Virus record (IMG/VR): IMGVR_UViG_3300025400_000011
Coordinates: 44,883-108,882 of that record
Reading direction: 5' to 3' (one strand)
Length of the DNA: 64,000 bases
Source: a virus
Positions 1 to 10,200 of the stretch are shown here, piece after piece (position 1 is the stretch's first letter; each line of letters begins with the position of its first letter). The position numbers were made by a program, and so were the translations under genes. The notes beneath the pieces are model-generated. The model worked only from the letters and a program-made list of their open reading frames with translations. It made no database searches and was not told where the DNA came from.

Positions 1-738
1 AACTTAATAGAAAAACCTATAAACACTTGGCGTCAAAAGATTAAGACGTGTAAGTTTAACTGTTGGGATTGTGATTACTGTACAAAAGTATGGAGAGCCA
101 AGGGTAATAAAAACAATAAGAAAGTTGAAAAGGTAGCTCAATTATTAATAGACACTGTTAATCAGCCAATAGGAGATACTGTAGAAGGTATTACTTCAGA
201 TAAGATGAAACAGTTGTTAAACGGTATTGGTAAAATATCGACAGGTTACCTCGAAGTGGGTGTGTTAAACGGTGGCACATTTTGCGCTACCATTAAAGAT
301 AATAATCTCAAGGCATATGCAGTCGATCATTGGCAAGAACAAACCAAATCTGCTAATGGTAAGGTAGATCTTGAATCCTCGAAAGAAAAATTTATTGAGA
401 ATGCTAAAAAGTATAAAGGTAATAACACTTTAAAGATATTCAATAGCCATTTTTTACAAGTCGAAAAATCTGATATTGGTAATATAGACTTTTTCTTTTA
501 TGATGCAGATCATAGCGAAGAAGCCAACTATCAAGCTATAATGTACTTTGCAGATAAGCTAGTAGATGAAGCTGTTCTTATATTTGACGATGCAAATTTT
601 GATGGGGTAGTTAGCGGTGCTAAACGCGGTATTGCTGATGCTGGTTTAGAAGTAATATACGATAAGATATTATTAAATGATTTAGAAGATCCTGATATGT
701 GGTGGAATGGTTTTTACCTGGCTATTGTAAAGAAATAA
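1..738 (+). CDS. 5'-truncated fusion: Cys-cluster domain (CxxxCxxCxxC) plus class I SAM-dependent methyltransferase (Methyltransf_24-like)
   Basis: Frame 1 is open from base 1 (NLIEKPINTWRQKIKTCKFNCWDCDYCTKV...) into the tracked ORF 205..738, which has YLEVGVLNGGT, FFFYDADH and LIFDD motifs. Confidence 0.75.
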   Translation, partial: NLIEKPINTWRQKIKTCKFNCWDCDYCTKVWRAKGNKNNKKVEKVAQLLIDTVNQPIGDTVEGITSDKMKQLLNGIGKISTGYLEVGVLNGGTFCATIKDNNLKAYAVDHWQEQTKSANGKVDLESSKEKFIENAKKYKGNNTLKIFNSHFLQVEKSDIGNIDFFFYDADHSEEANYQAIMYFADKLVDEAVLIFDDANFDGVVSGAKRGIADAGLEVIYDKILLNDLEDPDMWWNGFYLAIVKK

Positions 739-752
739 TATAAAATATAGCT

Positions 753-1820
753 ATGAGTGACTTTTTAGACCGTTTTTATCTCGGAGACGAAATCTATCTC
801 TTTGTACTCTTTACTATTATGGTAGTAGCGGGTATTGCCAAAGAGCATAACCTGTTTGGATGTACGTACGGATGGTTAAAATTTAAACTTAAAAGTAACA
901 AGTTAGTTATTGCTGTTATTAGTCTTATTAGCGGTATATTACCTCTAGAAGGTAGAAGTACAGTTAGTGCAGGTATATTAGATACAGCAACAGCTTCAAA
1001 GGAGAAAGATGTAAAAGCACGTCAAAAACTTGGACCTATCGACTTCCTTACCACCCATCACTATTATATGTGGTCTCCTATTGAGAAACCAGTAATACTA
1101 CCAATGGCTGCGTTTGGTATTACATATGCAGTATGGTTAAAAATGTTATGGCCGTTGATAGCTGTTAGTGCTGCATTTATTTTTTACTATTTATTCTTTG
1201 TTATTAAAGAAGACGAAATAGAGATTACACCTCAAGAAAATCTTGGCGCTGGTAATTTTATCAAAAACGTAATACCGTTTATTGCTGCTGTTCTTACGTA
1301 TATGCTACTTGGAGGAGAAGGCCCAGAGTTAGTGTTTCCTATCTTCGGTACTCTATTAGCTTATTATCTGTATATTACTAAGACTTATAGCTGGAAAAAG
1401 ATTAGTAGTTATGTTAATTGGACTACAATCACACTGATTGGTGTCATCTTCTTTACATCTGGTTATATGCAAGAGCATAGAGCTTGGATTGAACACGCTG
1501 TAAGAAACTGGGGCTTGGATCCACATACATTTAGTGGTATGTATATTATTAGTATGTTACTATTTGCTGCTAGCTTTAGTATGGGTAGTGACGGTAAGTT
1601 TGCTGCACTAACAGTATTAGCTACAACAGTATTCGGTAGACAGTATCTACTATGGTTTTTTGCATTAGATTATTGTGGTTATCTTTTAACTCCAATGCAC
1701 GAATGTGTTATGATTGGTAAACGTTACTTTGGTACCCCTCTATCCACATATTATAAAGCATTAGGTACCTGGGCATTTTTACTTTTATTAACTGCAGCTA
1801 TTTTTACTTTTATTAAATGA
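753..1820 (+). CDS. Polytopic membrane transporter-like protein (DUF401/ion-transporter-superfamily-like)
   Basis: Many hydrophobic helices; YYMWSPIEKP and GYLLTPMHECVMIGKRYFG motifs. Confidence 0.6.
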   Translation: MSDFLDRFYLGDEIYLFVLFTIMVVAGIAKEHNLFGCTYGWLKFKLKSNKLVIAVISLISGILPLEGRSTVSAGILDTATASKEKDVKARQKLGPIDFLTTHHYYMWSPIEKPVILPMAAFGITYAVWLKMLWPLIAVSAAFIFYYLFFVIKEDEIEITPQENLGAGNFIKNVIPFIAAVLTYMLLGGEGPELVFPIFGTLLAYYLYITKTYSWKKISSYVNWTTITLIGVIFFTSGYMQEHRAWIEHAVRNWGLDPHTFSGMYIISMLLFAASFSMGSDGKFAALTVLATTVFGRQYLLWFFALDYCGYLLTPMHECVMIGKRYFGTPLSTYYKALGTWAFLLLLTAAIFTFIK

Positions 1821-1936
1821 AAAACTTATTAACAGCATTCTCACGGTTTTGAAGGTGGATTCGTCTTTACTTTTTAGCTTTGACAAATCCGTTTATTTTT
1901 TATTTTAAAACTCATACAAACTGTAGTATTTTTTAC

Positions 1937-1942
1937 TAAATA
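1937..1942 (+). promoter_or_regulatory. T4-like late promoter core TAAATA
   Basis: TAAATA 18 nt upstream of ATG 1961. Confidence 0.55.
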
Positions 1943-1960
1943 TTAACAACCAATACTACT

Positions 1961-2986
1961 ATGGCATATTTTAATCCAGCAAACGCTTACTCAGGTTATT
2001 CAGGCTACGGTGCACAAGGCTTCCAAGGAGCTCAGGGCGCTACAGGTGCTCAAGGTGCACAGGGTTTCCAAGGCCCACAAGGCGTTTCTGGTTACTCAGG
2101 CTTTACTGGCATAAGTGGTTATAGCGGTTTTACTGGTATTTCTGGTTACTCCGGCTTCAGCGGTGTTAAAGGTTCAACAGGTCTTTCTGGTACTTCAGGT
2201 TACTCAGGCTTTACTGGTATTTCAGGCTACTCTGGTTTCTCTGGCCCACAAGGCTTCCAAGGACCTCAAGGTTTTTCAGGTACATCTGGTTACTCAGGCT
2301 TTACTGGTATTTCAGGTTTTAGTGGTCCTGGCGCTAACCAAACATTAAACACAAACAGCACTGTAGTATTCCAAACACTTTCAGCATTTTCAATCAGTGC
2401 AGTTAACTTAATCACGTTAAACGAGTATTTTGCATCTGCATCAAACTTTACTACATATGGTAATACGTTATTAAGTGGTGCTACTACAGTACAAGGTAAC
2501 ATGACTGTAAACGGTGTAGTCTTAGCTTCAGGTAATCTAGGTGTTGGTACAGCTTCACCAAGTTCCACATTAACAGTTAACGGTACATTATCAGCTGCTG
2601 GTGCAGTTGCTGTATCCAATAACACATTTACGATTGATAAGACTGGTAACGTAGTAGCTTTAAGCTATAGTTCAACATCTACAAGACTACAAAAGACTAA
2701 CATCAGAGATTTAGAAGATGTTATTCCTGATGCTTTAGGCGTTACTCAAAACCTACACCCAGTTGTATACGATAGTTTAGTTGATGCATCAAGCAAAGAC
2801 AACATCGGTCTTATTGCTGAAGACGTGTATTCTTTATTACCAAATGTGGTTAACCAATACACTGATGCTAATGGTGACCAAACATTTGTTGGTATTGATT
2901 ACAGCCGTCTAACAGCTATTCTTATTGATAACATTAAAGTGTTATCAAACAAGATTCAAGAGCTTAGTGCAAAGCTGCCACAATAA
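1961..2986 (+). CDS. Short tail-fibre protein: Gly-X-Y/Gly-X-Ser repeats plus C-terminal peptidase S74-like chaperone
   Basis: GAQ/GYS/GFT triplets; C-terminal STRLQKTNI...IGLIAEDV...IDYSRLTAIL and a coiled coil. Confidence 0.8.
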   Translation: MAYFNPANAYSGYSGYGAQGFQGAQGATGAQGAQGFQGPQGVSGYSGFTGISGYSGFTGISGYSGFSGVKGSTGLSGTSGYSGFTGISGYSGFSGPQGFQGPQGFSGTSGYSGFTGISGFSGPGANQTLNTNSTVVFQTLSAFSISAVNLITLNEYFASASNFTTYGNTLLSGATTVQGNMTVNGVVLASGNLGVGTASPSSTLTVNGTLSAAGAVAVSNNTFTIDKTGNVVALSYSSTSTRLQKTNIRDLEDVIPDALGVTQNLHPVVYDSLVDASSKDNIGLIAEDVYSLLPNVVNQYTDANGDQTFVGIDYSRLTAILIDNIKVLSNKIQELSAKLPQ

Positions 2987-2999
2987 CGTAAGTTAGAGT

Positions 3000-3233
3000 G
3001 TGGCTACACTTAAAACAAGCGTATTCAATCTTACCGAAACTCTAATAAACACTATTAGAGTGTATCGACAACAAGGAGCGGTGCTTGCTTCTGAGAGTAG
3101 GCAAGTTGCACGTATGGATTCTTGTTCAAACTGTGAAAAGCTATCTGAAAAAGGCATATGTAATGTATGTGCTTGTTATATGAACTTAAAGGTTCGTCTT
3201 GAAGCAGCTAAATGCCCACTTGGGAAATGGTAA
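3000..3233 (+). CDS. Small Cys-rich protein (DUF6171-like)
   Basis: RxxxCxxC...CxxCxC...K.....CPLGKW pattern; GTG start 5 nt after TAAGTT. Confidence 0.7.
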   Translation: MATLKTSVFNLTETLINTIRVYRQQGAVLASESRQVARMDSCSNCEKLSEKGICNVCACYMNLKVRLEAAKCPLGKW

Positions 3234-3249
3234 AAACGTATTTCTGCTG

Positions 3250-3255
3250 TAAGTA
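3250..3255 (+). promoter_or_regulatory. Late promoter core TAAGTA
   Basis: 6 nt upstream of ATG 3262, no Shine-Dalgarno. Confidence 0.55.
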
Positions 3256-3261
3256 ATAATA

Positions 3262-4296
3262 ATGCCTGTTATTAATATACAGTCCCTTACAAGTCCTACT
3301 ACTTTAGCTGTAGGTACAGATGTAGGTAATCCGTATTCTTTCCAGCAATGGTTACAAAATAATAGCAATATTGATGTTAACTCTCAAGTTAGCCAATACA
3401 ACACGTATTTAAAGACTTGGTACAAGAACAGAGCCAACTCACCGGCTACTATGTCTTTATATGTAAAGAACCTTTACATTAACTTCATAAAACAGCTTGG
3501 ATTATCCACTCGTAATCCAGAAGAACAGGCATTTTTTAGTAGTATAGATTATAACAATGATTTGGATATACAAGGAGCAATAACTTATTATGCTCGTAAA
3601 CTAAAAGACGTATCTAGATATATAGCAGAACAACGTAATAACATAGTTTACTCCAAGATAAAAAATAACTTAATAGGTACTAGTGATTATCTGTCGAGCT
3701 TGTTTTATACCTATATCCTCAATGTTTTTACCATTAAACCAGATCCAAATAATGTGGTCATTACAAATGGTGATTTATTACAATACTTGCCTTCATTAAG
3801 TGCAATAGCGGATACTTTTAGTGTAGAAATAGAAGAGTTATACGACACTGCAAATTACTTAGATAGAGATCCAAGTGTAGATATTTCTCAGTACACCACC
3901 TTTGCTGCTAATACAAGTGCGCAGTTATATGAAACATCTTTTTACGATGTTCCTTCAGAATATATTCTTAACTTAATTATTCAGGCCCTACAATCAGCAA
4001 ATACGTTAAATCCTTGCTATGGTGTATCCGGCTTCGTAGGCACAACTATAAGTAATAATACAAATAACACTTCTACAATGAGTAATGTCTATGTTTATTC
4101 AGGCGACGGTCAAAGCACGTCCTACCCTCTTGCAGGTATCACAAACGGTGATGCCTCTTTATATAGAGTTACTCTTGATGGTTTAGTACAAACACCTGGT
4201 ACAGCTTATACCATAAGTGTTCAGAACGCAAATATACTTTTTAGTGGTATCCCGCCACTTGGTTCAGAAATAGTCATCGTAGCTCCAACCTCATAA
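3262..4296 (+). CDS. Putative virion structural protein (baseplate/fibre-associated)
   Basis: 344-aa ORF; C-terminal GDGQSTSY...VTLDGLVQTPGTAYTI...FSGIPPLG beta-domain common in phage structural proteins; late promoter. Confidence 0.6.
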   Translation: MPVINIQSLTSPTTLAVGTDVGNPYSFQQWLQNNSNIDVNSQVSQYNTYLKTWYKNRANSPATMSLYVKNLYINFIKQLGLSTRNPEEQAFFSSIDYNNDLDIQGAITYYARKLKDVSRYIAEQRNNIVYSKIKNNLIGTSDYLSSLFYTYILNVFTIKPDPNNVVITNGDLLQYLPSLSAIADTFSVEIEELYDTANYLDRDPSVDISQYTTFAANTSAQLYETSFYDVPSEYILNLIIQALQSANTLNPCYGVSGFVGTTISNNTNNTSTMSNVYVYSGDGQSTSYPLAGITNGDASLYRVTLDGLVQTPGTAYTISVQNANILFSGIPPLGSEIVIVAPTS

Positions 4297-4297
4297 C

Positions 4298-7200
4298 ATG
4301 TCGCTAACAACAGTAAACCAACTTAGTCTTATACCTGCAGCCGCTGGGGTTTCAGGCCGTTCTGGTTTTTCTGGCTTCTCTGGGTTTCCTGGAGCACAAG
4401 GAGCACCCGGTGGTGCTTCTGGTTATAGTGGTCAATCAGGTACTTCTGGTTTCTCTGGGTTTACCGGTTTCAGTGGTTTTAGCGGTCTAAACGGTACAGT
4501 AGCATATTCCGGTACTTCTGGTTTCTCTGGGTTTAGCGGTTTTAGCGGTTATTCAGGCGCTACCGGTTTTAGCGGTTTTTCTAGTTTTTCAGGCTTCTCT
4601 GGGTTTTCAAGTTTTAGTGGTTATTCTGGCTACACCGGTCAATCTGGTTTTAGTGGTATATCAGGCTTTAGCGGTATAAGTGGTTTTAGCGGTATATCTG
4701 GTTATAGTGGTATGAGCGGTTTTACAGGTATATCTGGTTTCAGTGGTGCTCCTGGTGCAGCTGCAGCTTCCGGTTATTCTGGTTTTAGCGGTTATAGCGG
4801 TATTTCCGGTTATAGTGGTTTTTCTAGCTTTTCCGGTTACAGCGGTTTTAGTAGCTTTAGTGGTTACTCGGGCTTTAGCAGTTTTTCAGGTTTTTCAGGT
4901 TACTCCGGTTTTAGCAGCTTTAGCGGGTTCTCTGGTTTTAGTAGCTTTAGTGGTTTTTCAGGTACATCAGGTTATTCTGGTCAATCTGGTTTCTCAGGCT
5001 TCACTGGTTTATCAGGCTATTCTGGTACGAGTGGTTTTAGCGGGAATTCAGGTACATCAGGTTATAGCGGGTATACCGGTTTACAAGGCTATTCTGGTTT
5101 AAGCGGTTATTCCGGACAATCAGGTTTTAGCGGCATTTCAGGATGGTCAGGAGATTCAGGTATTAGCGGTTATTCTGGCTTTAGCGGTCAATCTGGTGCT
5201 TTAGGCATTTCAGGTTTTTCTGGTTACAGTGGTCAATCAGGCTACTCTGGTACTTCTGGTTATGTAGGTATTTCTGGTTACAGTGGTTTTAGCGGACAAT
5301 CTGGTTGGTCTGGTTATTCTGGTATAAGTGGTACTAGTGGTTATTCTGGTCAATCAGGTTTTTCAGGCCCGTCTGGTTATTCCGGCTTTACAGGTATTTC
5401 TGGCTACTCTGGCTTTAGTGGTCAAGTAGGTACAACCGGTCAATCAGGTTATTCTGGTTTTAGTGGTCAATCAGGTTACAGTGGTCAATCTGGCTTCTCT
5501 GGTATTTCAGGCTTTAGTGGTTATACAGGTACATCTGGTACTTCTGGTTACTCCGGTATTAGCGGTTATTCAGGCTTTACTGGTATTTCAGGTACCTCAG
5601 GCTATTCCGGTTCAGTAGGTACATCCGGTACTTCAGGTTATTCCGGTACTTCTGGTTATTCAGGGCTTTCTGGTTACTCAGGTACAAGCGGCTATTCCGG
5701 TACTTCAGGCTATTCTGGTACAATAGGTACAAGCGGTTATTCTGGTATTAGTGGTTACTCAGGCTTTACTGGTATTTCAGGCTATTCCGGTTTTACAGGT
5801 ACTTCAGGCTTTACTGGTATATCTGGTTATAGTGGTATTTCAGGCTTTAGTGGCTTTACTGGTATTTCAGGTTATTCTGGACAATCAGGCTACTCCGGTA
5901 CTTCTGGTACGGTAGGTACTTCAGGTTACTCCGGTTATTCTGGCTTGTCTGGTGCTTCAGGTTATTCTGGTTTATCAGGCTTTAGCGGTATATCAGGTTA
6001 TACAGGTATTTCAGGTCATTCAGGCTTTAGTAGTTATTCTGGTTATAGCGGTCAATCAGGTTTTACAGGTATTTCTGGTTTCTCAGGTTGGTCAGGGCCA
6101 ACAGGCGGTTCGGTTTACGGTAGAACGTACTTCTTTAATGAAACTAATAGTGATCAAAACCCAGCAGTATTTGAACAACTAACCTTACAACCAGGTGGTA
6201 TTAGTATAGAAGACGATCAAGTCACTATTACATCTGCAGCAGGTATAAGTGCTATTGGTTGGTACTTAACACCCCCAGGTGAACCTGGTTTAGTATATAT
6301 TGAATCAGGTCTATGGGATATTGAGTTCTACCGTTACGTAACGGGTGGTAGTGCTGGGTTTATATTCAGTATATACACATTCTCGATGGCTACTAGTGCC
6401 ACGAGTACATTTATTTTAAGTGCTGATTCAGGACTTGTTTCTGATACAGTTTCGACATATCAAAAGATAGGCGCTGTTACAAGTAGTATCACCTCTCTAT
6501 CTTCTACAGATCGTATTTTACTACAAGTAGCTGCTTATACTAACAGTGTAACACCAGTAACTGCTGCTTACCAATATAATGGTAGTTCAGTGTACAGTGT
6601 AGTACGTACTCCTATTGGTCAAGGTGTTGCTGGTCAGTCTGGTTATTCTGGCTACAGCGGTTTAGGTTATTCAGGCTACAGTGGTCAATCAGGCTATAGT
6701 GGTTTTACAGGCTTTAGTGGCTTCACTGGTATTAGTGGTTTCACTGGTACTTCAGGTTATTCAGGCTTTACAGGTATTTCTGGTGCTTCAGGCTATTCTG
6801 GTACAGTAGGTATTAGCGGTACTTCAGGTTATTCCGGCTTCACTGGTATATCTGGTTACTCTGGTATCTCTGGTTTTTCAGGCTTTACTGGTATAAGCGG
6901 TACTTCAGGTTACTCTGGCATTTCAGGTTATTCTGGTATTTCTGGTTATAGTGGTTATTCTGGTGCTTCAGGTTATTCTGGTACATCTGGCTTCTCTGGT
7001 ATCTCAGGCTTTACTGGTATTAGCGGTTATTCAGGCTTTACAGGTATTTCAGGTTATAGTGGTACTTCAGGCTACTCAGGTACATCTGGTTACAGCGGTT
7101 ATTCCGGTCAATCTGGTTTCTCAGGTATATCAGGCTATAGTGGTACTTCAGGCTTTAGCGGTATATCTGGTTATAGCGGTTTTACAGGTCAATCTGGTAC

Positions 7201-10200
7201 TTCAGGTTATAGCGGCTTAAGCGGTTATAGCGGTACTTCAGGTTTCTCAGGCTTCACAGGTATAAGCGGTTATTCCGGTCAATCAGGCTTTAGTGGTTTC
7301 ACTGGTATATCTGGTTACTCTGGTACTTCAGGCTTTAGTGGTATATCAGGCTTCTCTGGTTACACCGGTATTTCAGGCTTCTCAGGTATTAGCGGTTGGT
7401 CAGGCTATTCTGGCTTTACGGGTTTATCAGGCTTTAGTGGTTACTCCGGTTTATCAGGCTTTACAGGTATTTCAGGTTACTCAGGCTTTAGTGGTCAAAT
7501 AGGCTACTCTGGTCAATCAGGCTTTAGTGGTTTTACTGGTGTAAGCGGGTTCAGTGGTACATCTGGTATTTCTGGTTATTCTGGCTTTACAGGCATTTCC
7601 GGCTTTAGCGGTATTTCAGGCTTTAGCGGTATAAGCGGTTTTAGCGGTATTTCTGGTTACTCTGGTTTATCAGGGTTCTCAGGTTACACAGGTATAAGTG
7701 GTTTCTCAGGCTTTACAGGCGCTTCTGGTTTCTCTGGTATATCAGGCTGGTCTGGCTATAGCGGCTTTAGCGGTTTTTCAGGCTTTAGTAGCTACTCCGG
7801 ATTTAGCGGCTTTAGTGGTTTCTCAAGCTATTCCGGTTTCTCAGGGTTTAGCGGTTTTTCAAGCTTCTCTGGTTTCTCTGGTTTTAGTAGCTTCTCTGGT
7901 TTCTCAGGCTTCAGTAGTTATTCCGGTTATACAGGTGTTTCTGGTTACTCTGGTTATTCTGGTTTTACTGGCTTCTCAGGCTTTACTGGTTGGTCTGGTT
8001 TTAGCGGTTATCAAGGCTACTCTGGTTTTAGTGGCTTCTCTGGTTTTAGTGGAGCAGGTATAACAAGTACTGCTACTACAAGTTATATACCTAAGATGTC
8101 AAGCTCGACATCTGTAGCTAATAGTTTAGTATATGACAACGGTACTAATGTAGGTATCAATACTACTAGCCCAGCACATACATTACATGTCCAGGGGGAT
8201 ATATATTCTTCTGGTGCTATTATCGGTAGTATCAACAATACACTTAAAACAACTAATGTCGGTGCTACTAGTTCAATATATGTAAGATCAGACGGTAGCA
8301 CAGGCGCATTTAATGATTCTAATACTGCTTTCTATGTAGATAATATCGGTAACTTATCTATTTTCAATCAGCTTTACTATAACTCTTCTACACAAAAGTT
8401 CGTCATTGCTGGTACATTGCAAGCAGCTTCAATAGGTGCAACAAGTGCAATATATATTGCTGCAACAGGTGTTACACCTTCATTTAGTGCATGCAATACA
8501 CCTTTCTATGCTGATAATACTGGTAACTTCTCGTTAGGTAATAAGTTTGCTTGGAACAGTAAGACAAACGTTTTAAATGTTGGTGGTACAATAAATGCTG
8601 CTAATATAGGTGCAACAAGTGCTATATACATTGCTGGTGCAACAGTAACACCTTCATTTAGTGCTTCTAATACACCTTTTTGGGTAGATAGTTCTGGTAG
8701 ATTATCTCTAGGTAGCAAACTTACCTGGGACGGTAATGGTACGTTAAATGTAGGTGGTACTATTAAGACTACAACAGCAGACGCTACAAGTGCAATATAT
8801 GTAAGAGCAGATGGTGGTGTTGGTGCATTTAACGACTCTAATACAGCTTTCTGGGTAGATAATACTGGTAACTTATCTATTTTTAATAAACTTTATTACA
8901 ATGCTTCTACTCAAAAGTTCTGGATCGGTGGGACATTGCAGGCTTCTACAGTAGGTTCTACTAGTGCAATATATGTACGTACAGATGGTAGTGCTGGTGC
9001 ATATAACAACTCAAGCACACCATTCTATGTAGATAATACAGGTCAATTTTCTCTTGGTAATAATGTAACTTGGAGCGGTGGTGCATTAACAGTAAATGGT
9101 ACTGTTACTACTGGTGCATTAACAGCTACAGGTGGTAAAATATCAAACTGGAATATTAATACCAATAGTTTTACATCAACTAATGGTGATATAACTCTTA
9201 ATAGTAGTTCTACCCCTTATATAGGCGTTAATACAACCACATTTGGTAGTGCTGGTATATTCTTAGGTAAGAGTGGTACTAACTACGTATTCTATGCAGG
9301 TAACGGTAGTAATCAAGCTTTAAAATGGGACGGTAGCGCATTAACAGTATCCGGTACTATTGGTGCAACTGCTGGTAATATAGGTGGTTGGGGTATAGGT
9401 AGTACATCTCTTACATCAACTAATATAACTATTGATAGTTCTGCCGGGTCAATAACAAGTACAGATGGTGCTGGTAGTTATGTATATCTTACTTCAAACT
9501 TTGTAAGCGGTTATGGTGGTGCTGTAACTAATAGCGCATCTTACAAGTTATATGCTTTAGGTAATGGTGCATATTTAAATATTTCAAATGCCTCTTTTAG
9601 TGTTGGTGGTGGGGTAGCTAGTAGCTCATTAGCTACGTGGTCGGTTACAGGTGGTGGTGGTACAGTTTCAATGACCCCCGGCAGATTAGATGCAAGTTCT
9701 GCAGTTTCTGGTTTTAGTGGTACTTTCACTCGTCTAGTAGTTGGTAATAACGGTTTTGATGTTACAGGTGGTGGTACAATATCTGGAGATGTAGGACTAG
9801 GTACAGGTGCCAAGATATACCTACATGCAGCTTCAGGTTGGGTAGGAGTTTCAGGCGGTATTGCATTCGGAGATGGTACTACAATGAACACTGCTGGTGG
9901 TTCTACTGGACCACAAGGTGCTTCTGGTACTTCAGGGTGGTCTGGTTTTAGCGGTATAAATGGCTCTAACGGTGCTTCTGGTACTTCAGGGTGGTCTGGT
10001 TTCTCTGGACAAAAAGGTGCAACAGGACCGCAAGGATTAAGAGGCCCAACAGGACCACAAGGGCAAAGAGGTCCTACAGGTTCTCAAGGCTTTAGCGGTA
10101 TTTCAGGTTGGTCTGGCGCAAAAGGTGCTCAAGGTTCACCTGGTTCAACTTCTTATAACCAATCTCTCAACACATACAACTCTGTAACATTTGCAGGTCT

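Noticed and set aside
4346-8050. Possible CRISPR array or DNA satellite
   Set aside because: Period is 9 bp with synonymous variation and no repeat-spacer structure; it is a protein-level repeat.
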